Source: Deltaproteobacteria bacterium (lineage in GTDB: Bacteria > Myxococcota_A > UBA796 > UBA2385). Taken from it: a DNA stretch of 64,000 nucleotides. This document shows positions 18,051 through 28,100 of the stretch, one piece after another. The DNA is taken from positions 78,424 to 142,423 of the forward strand of contig JAEUKK010000027.1 of assembly GCA_016792625.1 (NCBI GenBank). The letters are read 5' to 3'. Both the position numbers and the translations under genes were made by a program. Within the stretch, counting starts at the first letter, position 1. Every line of letters begins with the position of its first letter. The notes under the pieces were generated by a model. The model was not told the origin of the DNA. It worked only from the letters and a program-made list of their open reading frames with translations, and ran no database searches.

Positions 18051-19412
18051 ATGTCCACCCCCCGCTCTCCCTCCCCCTGGCCCCGCGCGCACCGCGCCCT
18101 CCCCCTGCTGCTCGGCCTGCTGGGCTGCGGGGCCGAGGGTGAAAAAGACGTCAGCGGTGATGAAGACGAGCAGGTCGCCGATGGCGGCGGCGCCGCCGAC
18201 GGGGGCGCGCCGACCACCGACCTGACCTGGCACCAAGACATCGCGCCGATCTTCTCGCAGAGCTGCGAAGGTTGCCACGGCGCGACCGGGGGCGGCGGTG
18301 GGCTCGACCTGTCGACCCCCGAGCGGGCGGCCGAGTGGGCCTTGCCGATCGCCGCGGCGGTCGAGGCCCGGCGCATGCCCCCGTGGACGGCGGCCGACGA
18401 CTGCAACAGCTACCAAGGCGACTTCTCGCTGAGCGCCGAGGACCGGGCCAAGGTCGTCGAGTGGGCCCGGGCCGGCGCGCCGGCGGGCGACCCAGCGACC
18501 GCGGCCGCGCTGCCGCCGGCCTACACGCCCCCGGTGCTGGACCGGGTCGACCTGCAGCTTGAGCTGCCGGTCGAGTACACGCCTGATCCTGGCCAGCCCG
18601 ATGATTACCGCTGCTTCTTGGTGGATTGGCCCTGGGCCGAAGACGCCTGGGTGACCGGCACGCACATCCGGCCGACCAACGAGGCGATCGCCCACCACGT
18701 CATCACCTTCCTCATCCCGCCCGAAGATGTGGCCACCTACGAGGCCCTCGACGCCGCCGACGCGGCCCCCGGCTACCCCTGCTATGGCGGGCCGGGCGGC
18801 GACATCGACTCGCTGCAGACCATGCGCTGGCTGGGTGCCTGGGCGCCGGGCGGCGGCGCGGCGGTCTACCCCGAGGGCACCGGCCTGCGGGTGCGGCCGG
18901 GCAGCAAGCTCGTGCAGCAGATGCACTACAATACGCTGGGCGGGCCCGGCGCCGACCGCACCGTGATGGACTTGCGGGTCGAGACCACCCCCCAGGGCTG
19001 GGCCGACATCCAACCCTGGACGGATGTGCGCTGGGTCCTGGGCGTGGGCATGGACATCCCCGCCAACACCGAGGGGGTCAGCCACGAGTTCCGCTACCGT
19101 GCGGGCGCGGGCGATCGCTTCGCCTTCCACAACGCCGCGCTGCACATGCACACCATGGGCGTGAGCGCCAGCTTGCACGTCGAGCACGCTGATGGCAGCG
19201 AGACCTGCCTGCTGCGCGAAGACAGCTGGGACTTCAACTGGCAGCGCACCTACGCGCTGACCACGCCGGTCAACGTGACCCCGGGCGACGAGATCGTGCT
19301 GCGCTGCACCTGGGACAACGAGAGCGACCAAAACGCGGCCTGGGGCGAGGGCACCGGCGACGAGATGTGCCTCGCGACCACCTACATCACCGACAGCTGG
19401 CCCGAGGACTGA
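18051..19412 (+). CDS. Lipoprotein with a cytochrome c (CxxCH) motif fused to a copper type II ascorbate-dependent monooxygenase-like (PHM/DBH-like) domain
   Basis: Lipobox LLGLLGCGAEG. SCEGCHG carries CxxCH. PHM-like motifs are present in order: DDYRCFLVDWP ... AIAHHVITFLI (HH), LVQQMHYNTL (H), AFHNAALHMHTMGV (HxH), GTGDEMCLATTYI (Met ligand). Confidence 0.7.
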   Translation: MSTPRSPSPWPRAHRALPLLLGLLGCGAEGEKDVSGDEDEQVADGGGAADGGAPTTDLTWHQDIAPIFSQSCEGCHGATGGGGGLDLSTPERAAEWALPIAAAVEARRMPPWTAADDCNSYQGDFSLSAEDRAKVVEWARAGAPAGDPATAAALPPAYTPPVLDRVDLQLELPVEYTPDPGQPDDYRCFLVDWPWAEDAWVTGTHIRPTNEAIAHHVITFLIPPEDVATYEALDAADAAPGYPCYGGPGGDIDSLQTMRWLGAWAPGGGAAVYPEGTGLRVRPGSKLVQQMHYNTLGGPGADRTVMDLRVETTPQGWADIQPWTDVRWVLGVGMDIPANTEGVSHEFRYRAGAGDRFAFHNAALHMHTMGVSASLHVEHADGSETCLLREDSWDFNWQRTYALTTPVNVTPGDEIVLRCTWDNESDQNAAWGEGTGDEMCLATTYITDSWPED

Positions 19413-19650
19413 GCCGCGTGGGCGCGGTGCGGCCGGCCGGCGCGCTCCGGGTCTGCGTCTTCGGCCCACGTTCACAATCAGACGGTTCCAACCTGGGGAG
19501 CATGGCGCCTGCGGCCCCCCTCTGCGCTCGCCGGGGCCCCGGGCGGCGCTCCGCCTGCGGCGGGATCGCCGCCCGCCCGGCTCGGCCCCTGCGGGGCCGC
19601 GGCTGCGCCGCGCGCGCCGGTCGGCCGGGCGCGGAGGGCGCGGCGAGGGT

Positions 19651-20919
19651 CTAGGCCCCGACCGGGCCGAGCAGCCGCAGGCCGATGCGCAGGCACTGCC
19701 AGCGCCCCGCCGCGGCGCGCGCGCGGTCGAGGCGGGCCTGGTCGAGGGGCTGGCCGCGCAGCTGGGCGATGTGCAGCAGCGCCAGATCACTGAGCAGCGG
19801 CCCCGCCTCGAGGTCGTTGACCGCCCGCGCCCGCTGGGCCCCCGCGCGGGCCAGGGCCTCGGCCTCGGACAGGCGGCCGAGCGCGGCCCTGGCGAAGGCC
19901 TCCCAGATCACGAGCTGGCCGTCGTACCAGGGGTCGGCGTCATCGAGCAGCGGGCCTTGCTGCAGCACGGCCAGCGCGGCCTCGGGCTCGCCGCGCAGCA
20001 GGCGCAAGCAGACCACGCCCTCGCGCGGGGCGGCGCTCGGGCGACCCGAGAGGGTGTGCTGGGCCAGCTCCCAGGCCTGCTGCAGCTGATCGGCGGCCTC
20101 GTCGAGCTCGTTGGCGTCGATGAGCGCCATGCCGAAGTTCGCGCGCAAGATCAGCTCGTGGCGCTTGGCGCCGGCCTCGCTCTGGACCCGCAAGGCGAAG
20201 CGGAAGCCCTTGATCGCCTCGTCGTGGCGGCCCTGCTCGCTGAGCAGGCTGGCGAGGTTGGCCGCGAGGGTGGCGGCGCGCATCGGGTTCGCGCGCGTGG
20301 AGGGCTGCTGCAGCGCGTGGACATAGGCGGCCTCGGCCTCGGCTTGGCGGCCGAGCCCCCACAGGTAGTTGCCGAGCAGCTGGGCCGCGGCGGCGCCCTC
20401 GGGCAGCTCGCAGGCGCGGCGCGCGTGGGCCACCGCCACCTCACCTTTGCCCTCTTGCCAGGCCGCTTGGGCGAGCAGGCGCACCGCGAGACCGACCAAA
20501 CGTGCGTCGCGCCGCCGCTCGGCCCGCTCGAGCACCGCGGCGGCCTCGTGCGCCCACTCGTAGCCCTCGCGCCGGCGCACGCCGTCGCGGGCGACCAGGA
20601 GGAGCACCTCGTCGGCCAGGGGAGGGGGCAGTCGGCTGCGGTAGCGGTCAAGGCCCAAGACAACGCGCCGGAGGGCGTCTTCGGCGCCGAGCACGCTCAG
20701 CGCCTCGGCGAGGCTGAGCCCGACCCGGGCGACCCCCACCGGGTCGGCGTCGAGCTGCTGGCCGAAGTTGCGCTCGACCGCGGCGAGCTGCGCGCCGATC
20801 CACCGCACGGCGGCGGGGCCCCCGGCCGTGTCGAGCGCGGAGAGCGCCCGCTGGAGCTCGGCCCAGACCTCGTGATCGCGCAGCGGCAGGGGCGGCGGCG
20901 GCGGCGCGGTGTGGGACAT
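19651..20919 (-). CDS. Hypothetical alpha-helical repeat (TPR-like) protein
   Basis: 422-aa ORF with repetitive Ala/Leu-rich helical pairs. No catalytic motif. Confidence 0.45.
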   Translation of the reverse strand: MSHTAPPPPPLPLRDHEVWAELQRALSALDTAGGPAAVRWIGAQLAAVERNFGQQLDADPVGVARVGLSLAEALSVLGAEDALRRVVLGLDRYRSRLPPPLADEVLLLVARDGVRRREGYEWAHEAAAVLERAERRRDARLVGLAVRLLAQAAWQEGKGEVAVAHARRACELPEGAAAAQLLGNYLWGLGRQAEAEAAYVHALQQPSTRANPMRAATLAANLASLLSEQGRHDEAIKGFRFALRVQSEAGAKRHELILRANFGMALIDANELDEAADQLQQAWELAQHTLSGRPSAAPREGVVCLRLLRGEPEAALAVLQQGPLLDDADPWYDGQLVIWEAFARAALGRLSEAEALARAGAQRARAVNDLEAGPLLSDLALLHIAQLRGQPLDQARLDRARAAAGRWQCLRIGLRLLGPVGA

Positions 20920-21033
20920 GGCGACCTCGGGCGGCTCTGTATCTTCGGCGGTGGCCGGCCCGCGCTGCGGGCTCGGCCCGTGGCGCGGCGCGTGAACTGC
21001 CCTGCCCCCGCAGCCCCGCCAGCGGCCCCAAGC

Positions 21034-22239
21034 TCAGGCCGGGGGCAGCGCCGCCCAAGCAGCGGCCAGCGCGCGCCCCGGCGCGGCCAGCGCCGCGTAG
21101 GCCCGGCCCGCCGCCGAGGCCGGGGTCAACCGCAGGGCCAGCGCCCGCAGGGCCCGCAGCGGAGCGGCCTGCCAGCCGGCGATCTGGCCCACCCGCCGAG
21201 AGCGGTCGGCCACCGTGCGCGCCCGCGCCGCCCGCGCCTGCACGTAGGCGGCGTGGGCCGCGGGCAGCGCCGCCTGCCCTTCGAGGGCCAGGGCCAGGGC
21301 CATCGCGTCTTCGATCGCCATGCCCGCGCCTTGGCCGAGGTTGGGGGTCATCCCGTGGGCGGCGTCGCCGAGCAGCCAGGCCGCGCCCGCCCCCCAGGCG
21401 TGGGTTCGGTGCTCGAGCAGGTCGTGGTGCAGCAGCGGACCCGCCCGCAGCGCCGGCCAGAGCGCCGCTGCCGCACCACCAAAGGCGCCGAAGATGGCGT
21501 CGAGAGCGGTGGGATCGAGGTCGGGCAGACCAGCGGCGCGGGCCCGGGTGAGGAAGACGTAGGCCCGTGCGCCGGAGAGCGGCACCACGCCGAAGCGGCA
21601 GCCCAGGCCCCAGTGCTCGACCGCGCCCCCGCCCTCGGTCACCATCGGGGGTGCGGGTACGACCGCGCGCCAGCAGGCCTCGCCGGCGGGTCGCAGCGCC
21701 TCTTCGCCCAGCAGCTGGCGGCGCACCGCGCTGCGCAGGCCGTCGGCGCCGATGATCAGCTCGGCCCGCAGCGGCGCGTCGCCGGCGAGGCGCACCGTCG
21801 GTTTGGCCCCGAGCTCGAGCGCCTCGACCGTCGCGCCCAGCCGCAGCTCGACGGTGGGCGGCAGGGCCGCGGCCAGGGCGGCGTGCAGCTCGGCCCGGTG
21901 CAGGGTCAGGGCGGGGCCCACGGTCGGGCGCAGCGCGGCCAGGTCGAGCCGCGAGGTCAGGGTGCCGTCGGCATCGGCGGTGTCCATTCGATCAAGGAGG
22001 GCGCCCGATGGGCGCAGATCGACGCCCAGCGCGTCAATCACCGCGATGGCGTTGGCGGCGAGCACGATGCCCGCGCCCACCGGCGCGAAGCGCGGCGCCC
22101 GCTCGAGCAGGGTGACCTCGTGCCCGCGCAGCCCGAGCGCGCGGGCGGCGACGAGCCCGCCGATGCCCCCGCCGACGATGATCACGCGCCGTCGGGGCGT
22201 GGGCCCCCCGCGCGGGCCGACCAGCGCCGCGCCGCTCAT
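21034..22239 (-). CDS. FAD-dependent aromatic-ring monooxygenase (UbiH / salicylate-hydroxylase family)
   Basis: MSGAAL ... RRVIIVGGGIGGLVAARALGLRGHEVTLLER (GxGxxG plus an acidic residue), GADGLRSAVR (DG motif), LLGDAAHGMTPNLGQGAGMAIEDA (GD motif). The ORF 21034..22977 is trimmed to the ATG at 22239. Confidence 0.8.
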   Translation of the reverse strand: MSGAALVGPRGGPTPRRRVIIVGGGIGGLVAARALGLRGHEVTLLERAPRFAPVGAGIVLAANAIAVIDALGVDLRPSGALLDRMDTADADGTLTSRLDLAALRPTVGPALTLHRAELHAALAAALPPTVELRLGATVEALELGAKPTVRLAGDAPLRAELIIGADGLRSAVRRQLLGEEALRPAGEACWRAVVPAPPMVTEGGGAVEHWGLGCRFGVVPLSGARAYVFLTRARAAGLPDLDPTALDAIFGAFGGAAAALWPALRAGPLLHHDLLEHRTHAWGAGAAWLLGDAAHGMTPNLGQGAGMAIEDAMALALALEGQAALPAAHAAYVQARAARARTVADRSRRVGQIAGWQAAPLRALRALALRLTPASAAGRAYAALAAPGRALAAAWAALPPA

Positions 22240-22907
22240 GGGCGCACCGCCTGGGCCGTCGGAGTCATCGGAGCCATCGGGGCCAGCAGGCGGTCGAGGG
22301 CCGCCCGCAGCAAGGGCCCGCGCGCGCCCGGGGGCAGCTCGCCCCGCAGCCCGCCCACCAACAAGCCGAAGTAGATCGAGAAGTAGGCGGTGAAGAAGCT
22401 CATCGGGTCGATGTCGTGCGGCGCGCCGCGGGCGGCGTCTGCGGTCAGCGCGCCGCCCACCCAGGCCCGGAAGCGGTCGAGCTGCGCGCTGAGCGGGCGG
22501 CCGGGTTCGGACAAGAACAGCGTCTGGCTCAGCAAGGCGCGCGCGAGGTCGGGGCGGGCGTCGTAGGTGGACCAGAGCGCCTCGGCCACTGCCACGAGCT
22601 GGGCGGCCAGCGGGGCCGCCGGGTCGGGGGGAAGCGCGTGGTCGAGGGCCGCCTCGATCTCGTCGTGCAGCAGCGCCTCGAACAGCGCGGCTTTGTCGGG
22701 GAAGTGCGAGAAGACCGCGCCGACCGAGACCCCGGCGACGGCGGCGACCGCGCGGGTGTGCGCGCCCTCGACCCCCTGGGCTTCGATGAGGCCGCGCGCG
22801 GCGGCGAGCACCCGCGCGCGGGTCTGCGCGGCCTGCTCGGCCCGCAGGCGGGAGCGGGGCGCGGCGCCACGGCCGGCGGCTGTCGTGGGCGCTGGAGGCG
22901 AGGTCAT
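22236..22907 (-). CDS. TetR-family transcriptional regulator
   Basis: N-terminal helix-turn-helix TRARVLAAARGLIEAQGVEGAHTRAVAAVAGVSVGAVFSHFPDKAALF. Its stop overlaps the monooxygenase start (ATGA), so the two form an operon. Confidence 0.75.
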   Translation of the reverse strand: MTSPPAPTTAAGRGAAPRSRLRAEQAAQTRARVLAAARGLIEAQGVEGAHTRAVAAVAGVSVGAVFSHFPDKAALFEALLHDEIEAALDHALPPDPAAPLAAQLVAVAEALWSTYDARPDLARALLSQTLFLSEPGRPLSAQLDRFRAWVGGALTADAARGAPHDIDPMSFFTAYFSIYFGLLVGGLRGELPPGARGPLLRAALDRLLAPMAPMTPTAQAVRP

Positions 22908-22999
22908 GGCGGGGCCCCGGGTGCGGGTGGGGTGAACGAGAGATGAGCGTGCTCGGTGATCGAGCGACACTGTTCACTGAGCATGTTCATTAACCGGAC

Positions 23000-24253
23000 G
23001 TGCTTAGCCTGTCCAGGGCCGACGCGCGCTCCGCTACACTCGCCGCGGAGGTGGGGATGGCGCGCGCGGTCTCGGGCATGGAGCGCCTCTGGTTGGCCGC
23101 GGGCCGGGTCGCGCCCCCCTTCGCGGTGCACGCGGTGGTCGAGCTGGACGCTGTCCCCGACGAGCGGGCGCTGGCTTTGGCCATCGGCGCCCTGCACGCC
23201 GCCTGGCCCGACCTGAGCCCCCGGCTCGCGGGGGTCTTGCGGGGCGCGCGCTGGGCGCCGGCGCCCGCGCCGCCCCTGGCCCTGTGCCCCGACCTGACCT
23301 GGGAGGATGGCGACATCAGCGCCGCGATCGCCGCTCTCGACGCGGCGGCCGCGCTCGACCCCGACGGCCCCAGCCTGCGCTGGCTGCTGGTCCCGGGGCC
23401 GCCGGCCCGGCTGGTGCTCTCGACCCTGCACGCGATCACCGATGGGCGCGGCGCCCTCACGATGTTGACCGCCCTCGCAGAGCTGCTGCGCGGGCAGGCG
23501 CCGCCGCCGCTGCCCAGCCAGCGGCACGAAGGCGACGAGGCCCTCGCCCGCGGCGGCCGGCCCGTGCCCCCGCCGCGGGCCGACGCCGCGGCGCCCTACG
23601 CCCCCGACGGAGATCCTGCTGATCGCGGGCGGCGCACCCTCCGCCGACGGGTCGCGCTCGCCCCGCGCGCCCCCCTGGCCCGCGCGCTGGCCGCGGCGGC
23701 GCGGGCCCGCCCGGGCGCGCGCCTGCGGGTGGACGTGCCGGTCGACCTGCGGCGCCCCGCGCTCGGCCCGCAGACCGGCAACCTCAGCGGCCTGCTGCGC
23801 GTCGAGCTGCCCGCAGAGGCGGGGGGCCCCGAGGGCGTGGCCGTCGTGGACGCCGCTCTGCGCGCGGCCATCGACGCCGGCGCCCACCTGCACACCACCG
23901 CCGAGGCCCAGCGCGTGCGCGCGTGGCCGCTGTGGCTGATCGCGGGCGAGGCGGAGCGCCGCGCCGCCGCCGAGCGCGCCCGCGGCGCTGTTCCGGTCTC
24001 GTTCACCTTTAGCAACTTAGGCCGGGTGCCCCTGCCTGCCCTGGATATGGGATCGGCGCGCTGTACGTCATTTTACCCGATTCCGCCCGCCGCGCCCGGC
24101 CTGCCCGCCCTCTGCACCCTGACCGGGGGTGACGATGGCGCGGGGCGCGTTCACCTTGAGCTGCTGGTCAGCGCGCCCGCCCGCTGGGCCAGCGCGCCCA
24201 CCCTGGCCGCTTGGGTCGAGGCGCTGGGCGCCGCGCTCGAGGCCCCGGTCTAA
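23000..24253 (+). CDS. Condensation-domain-like / WS-DGAT-like acyltransferase (HxxxDG motif)
   Basis: LVLSTLHAITDGRGALTML contains HxxxDG at the position expected for C-domain / wax-ester-synthase-like acyltransferases. About 417 aa, consistent with a standalone C-like fold. Confidence 0.5.
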   Translation: MLSLSRADARSATLAAEVGMARAVSGMERLWLAAGRVAPPFAVHAVVELDAVPDERALALAIGALHAAWPDLSPRLAGVLRGARWAPAPAPPLALCPDLTWEDGDISAAIAALDAAAALDPDGPSLRWLLVPGPPARLVLSTLHAITDGRGALTMLTALAELLRGQAPPPLPSQRHEGDEALARGGRPVPPPRADAAAPYAPDGDPADRGRRTLRRRVALAPRAPLARALAAAARARPGARLRVDVPVDLRRPALGPQTGNLSGLLRVELPAEAGGPEGVAVVDAALRAAIDAGAHLHTTAEAQRVRAWPLWLIAGEAERRAAAERARGAVPVSFTFSNLGRVPLPALDMGSARCTSFYPIPPAAPGLPALCTLTGGDDGAGRVHLELLVSAPARWASAPTLAAWVEALGAALEAPV

Positions 24254-24327
24254 GCGGCGCGCCGGGGGGCGTTGCGGGGGGGCGGCCAGCCCCCCCGCCC
24301 ATTGGACCGATCCCCTCTGCGGATTGC

Positions 24328-25161
24328 TCAGGGCTTGGGCGCGGAGAGCGAGTTGAGCTCGTCAAAGCCCGGCAGCGTCGAGAGGTCGGGCACCAGCACG
24401 ATCTCGATGCGGCGGTTGCGGGCCCGGGCGTCGACGTTGGTGTTGGGCACGGTGGGGCGGCTGTCGCCGAAGGCCGCGGCGCTCACGTTGCCTGGGGCCA
24501 TCCCGCCCTCGATCAGGGCCTTGAGCACGGTGATCGCGCGGGCGCTGCTCAGCTCCCAGTTGGAGGGGAAGGTCGCGCTTTTGATCGGCACGTCGTCGGT
24601 GTGGCCCTCGACCTGAAAGCGCCGGTCGCCCAGGGTGGCCAGGATGGCGCCGACCTCCATCACCGCCTGCTTCCCTTGGGGGGAGAGGGCCGCTTTGCCG
24701 CTGCCGAACAGGATGTCGGTGGCCATCTCGACCACGAGGCGCCCGTCGACCACCTTGACCCGCAGCTTGCCCGACTCGACCATGCCGGCGAAGCGGGCGA
24801 GAAGTGACTTGTACTCGGCGATCCGGTCGTCGGCCGCCTTCTTGCGCGCGGCCAGCTCGGCGAGGGCGCGGCTCATGTCCATCACCGAGTCGGTCAGCTG
24901 ACCCTTCTCGGACATCAGCCGGGCGACGTCTTCCCGCAGCTTGTCGGCCTCGGCGCCCAGCGTGGCCGTGCGGCGCTCTTCGGCGTCGAGTGAGGCCATC
25001 AGGGCCTCGGACTCGGCCTTGCGGTCGCGCAGCGCCTCGCGGGTCTTGTCGAGGACAGCGGCCTGCTCGTTGTACTTGCGCTTGCTAACGCAGCCGGTGC
25101 CCAGGGCGAGGGCCAGGGCCACCAGCAGCAGCGCACGGGGAGCGGAGGAGAGGAGGGGCAT
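24328..25161 (-). CDS. OmpA/MotB-family peptidoglycan-binding lipoprotein with a coiled-coil N-region
   Basis: Lipobox ALALGTGCVS. Coiled coil of about 120 aa. C-terminal OmpA domain FQVEGHTDDVPI ... NWELSSARA ... NRRIEIVL. Confidence 0.8.
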   Translation of the reverse strand: MPLLSSAPRALLLVALALALGTGCVSKRKYNEQAAVLDKTREALRDRKAESEALMASLDAEERRTATLGAEADKLREDVARLMSEKGQLTDSVMDMSRALAELAARKKAADDRIAEYKSLLARFAGMVESGKLRVKVVDGRLVVEMATDILFGSGKAALSPQGKQAVMEVGAILATLGDRRFQVEGHTDDVPIKSATFPSNWELSSARAITVLKALIEGGMAPGNVSAAAFGDSRPTVPNTNVDARARNRRIEIVLVPDLSTLPGFDELNSLSAPKP

Positions 25162-25184
25162 CGAACACCCGTGGACAGAGAGGG

Positions 25185-28100
25185 TCAGGTGGAGGTGGGC
25201 CGCTCAGAGGAAGGCGGATCAAGGGGGAGCTGCACCGCGGCCGGGTCGACCTGCTCGCCGGTCGCCTGCCCGAGCTGGCTGATCGCCTTGGCGATCCCGC
25301 GTCGCAGCTCGTCGAGGAAGGCCGCCTGCTCACCCGGCGGCAGGCGCTGGCGCACCTGCTCGGTGACCAGCGCGGCGAGGGCCTGCATGACCGGCAAGGC
25401 GCCGCTGAGCACATACTCGCCGGCCCGCAGCTGGCGCTGGGCGCCAGCCTGCATGCGCCCATAGGCCACCAAGGCGCGCTGCACCTCGGCGAGGATGGCG
25501 TGCCGCATGACCATATCGGCCTCTGCCCCCACCTCGAGGTCGGGGATGAGCCAGGGCGTCGATATGGGGGTTGTGCTTGTGTTGGCGGCAGCGGGGGCGG
25601 AAGACGGCGTGGGTACAACGCCCCGCAGCGCCTCGGCCAGGGCCTGGGGCAGGGCCCGGGCCAGGGCGGCGGCCTCAGCGCGGGCGGCGTCGAGCGCGGC
25701 GGTGAGGGGGGCCTGGGCTGCGGGGGCGGCGGCCCGCAGCGCGCCCACCTCGGCGCGCAGGGCGTCGAGGGGCGGGGTCAGCGCGGCGCCTAACGCGACG
25801 GCGGCGCGGTCGGCCCCGGGCGCGCGCAGGGCCTCGTCGATGCGGTCGAGGCTAGCCCCGAGGCCGGTCAGGGTGCCGGTGACCCGGGCGACCGGGTCTT
25901 GGTCGCTGCCGCCCATCAGCCGCTGCCGGGCGAATTCTTTGCAGATGGCGGCCCAGCGCTCTTGTTGGGCCGGCGTGGCCCGCCCGCGCAGCACGGCGAG
26001 CTTGAGCAGGTTGCTCTCGGCGCCGGTGGTCAGGGTCTGGGATTCGCCGACGTAGTGGTCGTCGACGAGGCGCTCGACCTCGTCGGGGGTCATCGCGCTG
26101 GCGATCTTTTCGCTGAGCTTGGCCATGTTGCGGTAGCTGCCCTGCAGCTTGAACGGCGGCTCGGTGCGGAATTTGTCGTCGACCCCCGCGCTGCGGATGT
26201 ACTCGGCGTTGACCTTGAGCAGGGTCTCGCGCACCCGCTCCATGCGCAGGAGCACCGCGCCGATCTCTTCTTGTTCCGCAGCCGAGGTGTCGGCGCTGAG
26301 CTTGGTCTGGTCAATCTCAACGCCGTGGGCCCGGTCGAGCAAGAAGTAGAGGTCGGCGAGAGGCCGGGCGGCGAGGGGGGCCAGCACGGGGTTGCTGGTG
26401 AGGCAGTTCTCAATGTAGGACAGGCCGAAGAGGTCTTGTCGGCCGCCGAGGATGTCGCCGAGGTTGTAGGTGTCGGCCCGGTTGGCCAACATGTCGGGGA
26501 TCTGAAAGCGGGCCCCGGTCTCGGTGTAGGGGTTCCCGGCCATGACCACGCAGAACTTCTTGCCCTTGAGATCGTAGGTGCGGCTCTTGCCCTTCCAAAT
26601 TCCTTCGACCCGACGGGTGCCGTCACAGAGCGAGATGAACTTTTGCAGCAGCTCGGGGTTGGTGTGCTGGATATCGTCGAGGTAGAGCATCACGTTCTCG
26701 CCCATCTCAAAGGCGAGGTTGATCTTCTCGACCTCTTGGCGGGCGGTCGCGTCGGGCGCCTGCTCGGGGTCGAGGCTGGTCACCGCGTGCCCGATGCTCG
26801 GGCCGTTGACCTTCATGAAAACGAGCCCCAGCACGTTGGCCACGTACTCCATGAGCGTGGTCTTGCCGTAGCCCGGCGGCGAGATGAGCAGCAGCAGGCC
26901 CATGGTGTCGGTGCGCTTGCCCGCGCCGGCCGCGCCGAGCTGCTTGGCGAGGTTGTTGCCGATGAGCGGCAGATACACCTCGTTGATCAACCGGTTGCGC
27001 ACAAATGAGGTCATCGGCTTGGGCTTGAGCTCATCGAGGCGCAGGGCCTTGCGGGCGCGCTCGACCACCCCGTGGCGGGCGGCCCGCAGCGCGGCGAAGC
27101 CGGGCACCTGCACCGCGCAGAAGCGCTCGAGGCGCGGGCCCAGCTCGTCGGCCCGCAGGCGCAGCTTCCCGCCCTGCACCCGCGCATGTTGGCCGAGCAG
27201 GCCGCTGATCTCGAGCTCGAGCGCCACCGCGCTGGGCGCCCGGTCGAGGCTGCGGTCGGTGATCAGGGCCACCGCCGCCTCGCGGGCGGCGAAGCTGTGC
27301 TCGATGAGCTTGGGGTCGCCGCCATAGCGCACCAGCGCGTCGAGCCAGCTCTCGACCAGCCCGAGGCGCGCGCCGAGATCGGCGTCGAGCGCGCGCAGGT
27401 CCTCTTCGAGGGCGGCGCGTTGGCGGGCGGCGTCGAGGCGGGCCTGCAGGGCGCTGAGCAGGGCGCTGGCGGCGGCGCTCAGCACGAAGCGGGGGCGCTC
27501 GGCGGCCAGCTCTTCGGCGAGGTAGGCCGCGGCCTCGGGCACCACCTCGGTCACCCAGGGGGTGCTGGGCAGGCGGTCGCGCGCCCAGGGGCCGATCACC
27601 CCGGCGAGGGCGGCGGTCAGGGCCCCGCGCGCCGGCGCTTGGGGGAAGGCGGCGATCAAGCGGGCGGCGGCGACGGCCTGGCGGTGCAGGGCGGCGCGCT
27701 GCTCACGGTCGCTGAGCGTGGCCCACCACAGGGCGCCCAGCGCCCGCGCGCTGGCCGAAAACCGCAGCAGGCCCACCGATCGACGCAGCCCGAGCAGCTT
27801 CTCGAGGATGGCCGCCGCGTCGGCGTCATGCACCCCCCGCTCGTAGCCCTCGTCGTAGCGGGTCGCCGCGAAGGCCCGCACCCGCTCGAGCAGGCCGCCC
27901 TCGACGAGCAGGGCCTCTTCGAGCGCGGCGACGCTGAGGCCGCCCGTGCCCGCCTCGGCCGCCCGCAGCAGGGCGTGGGCGAGGAACTCGGCGCGGTAGA
28001 CCTCGGCGTCTTCGCTGGCCACCGCCATCGACCAAAATGGCCGCGTGGACAGCAGCTCGGGGTCGGTCACCTCTTCGTAGTAGCCGGTTCCCGTGAGGTG

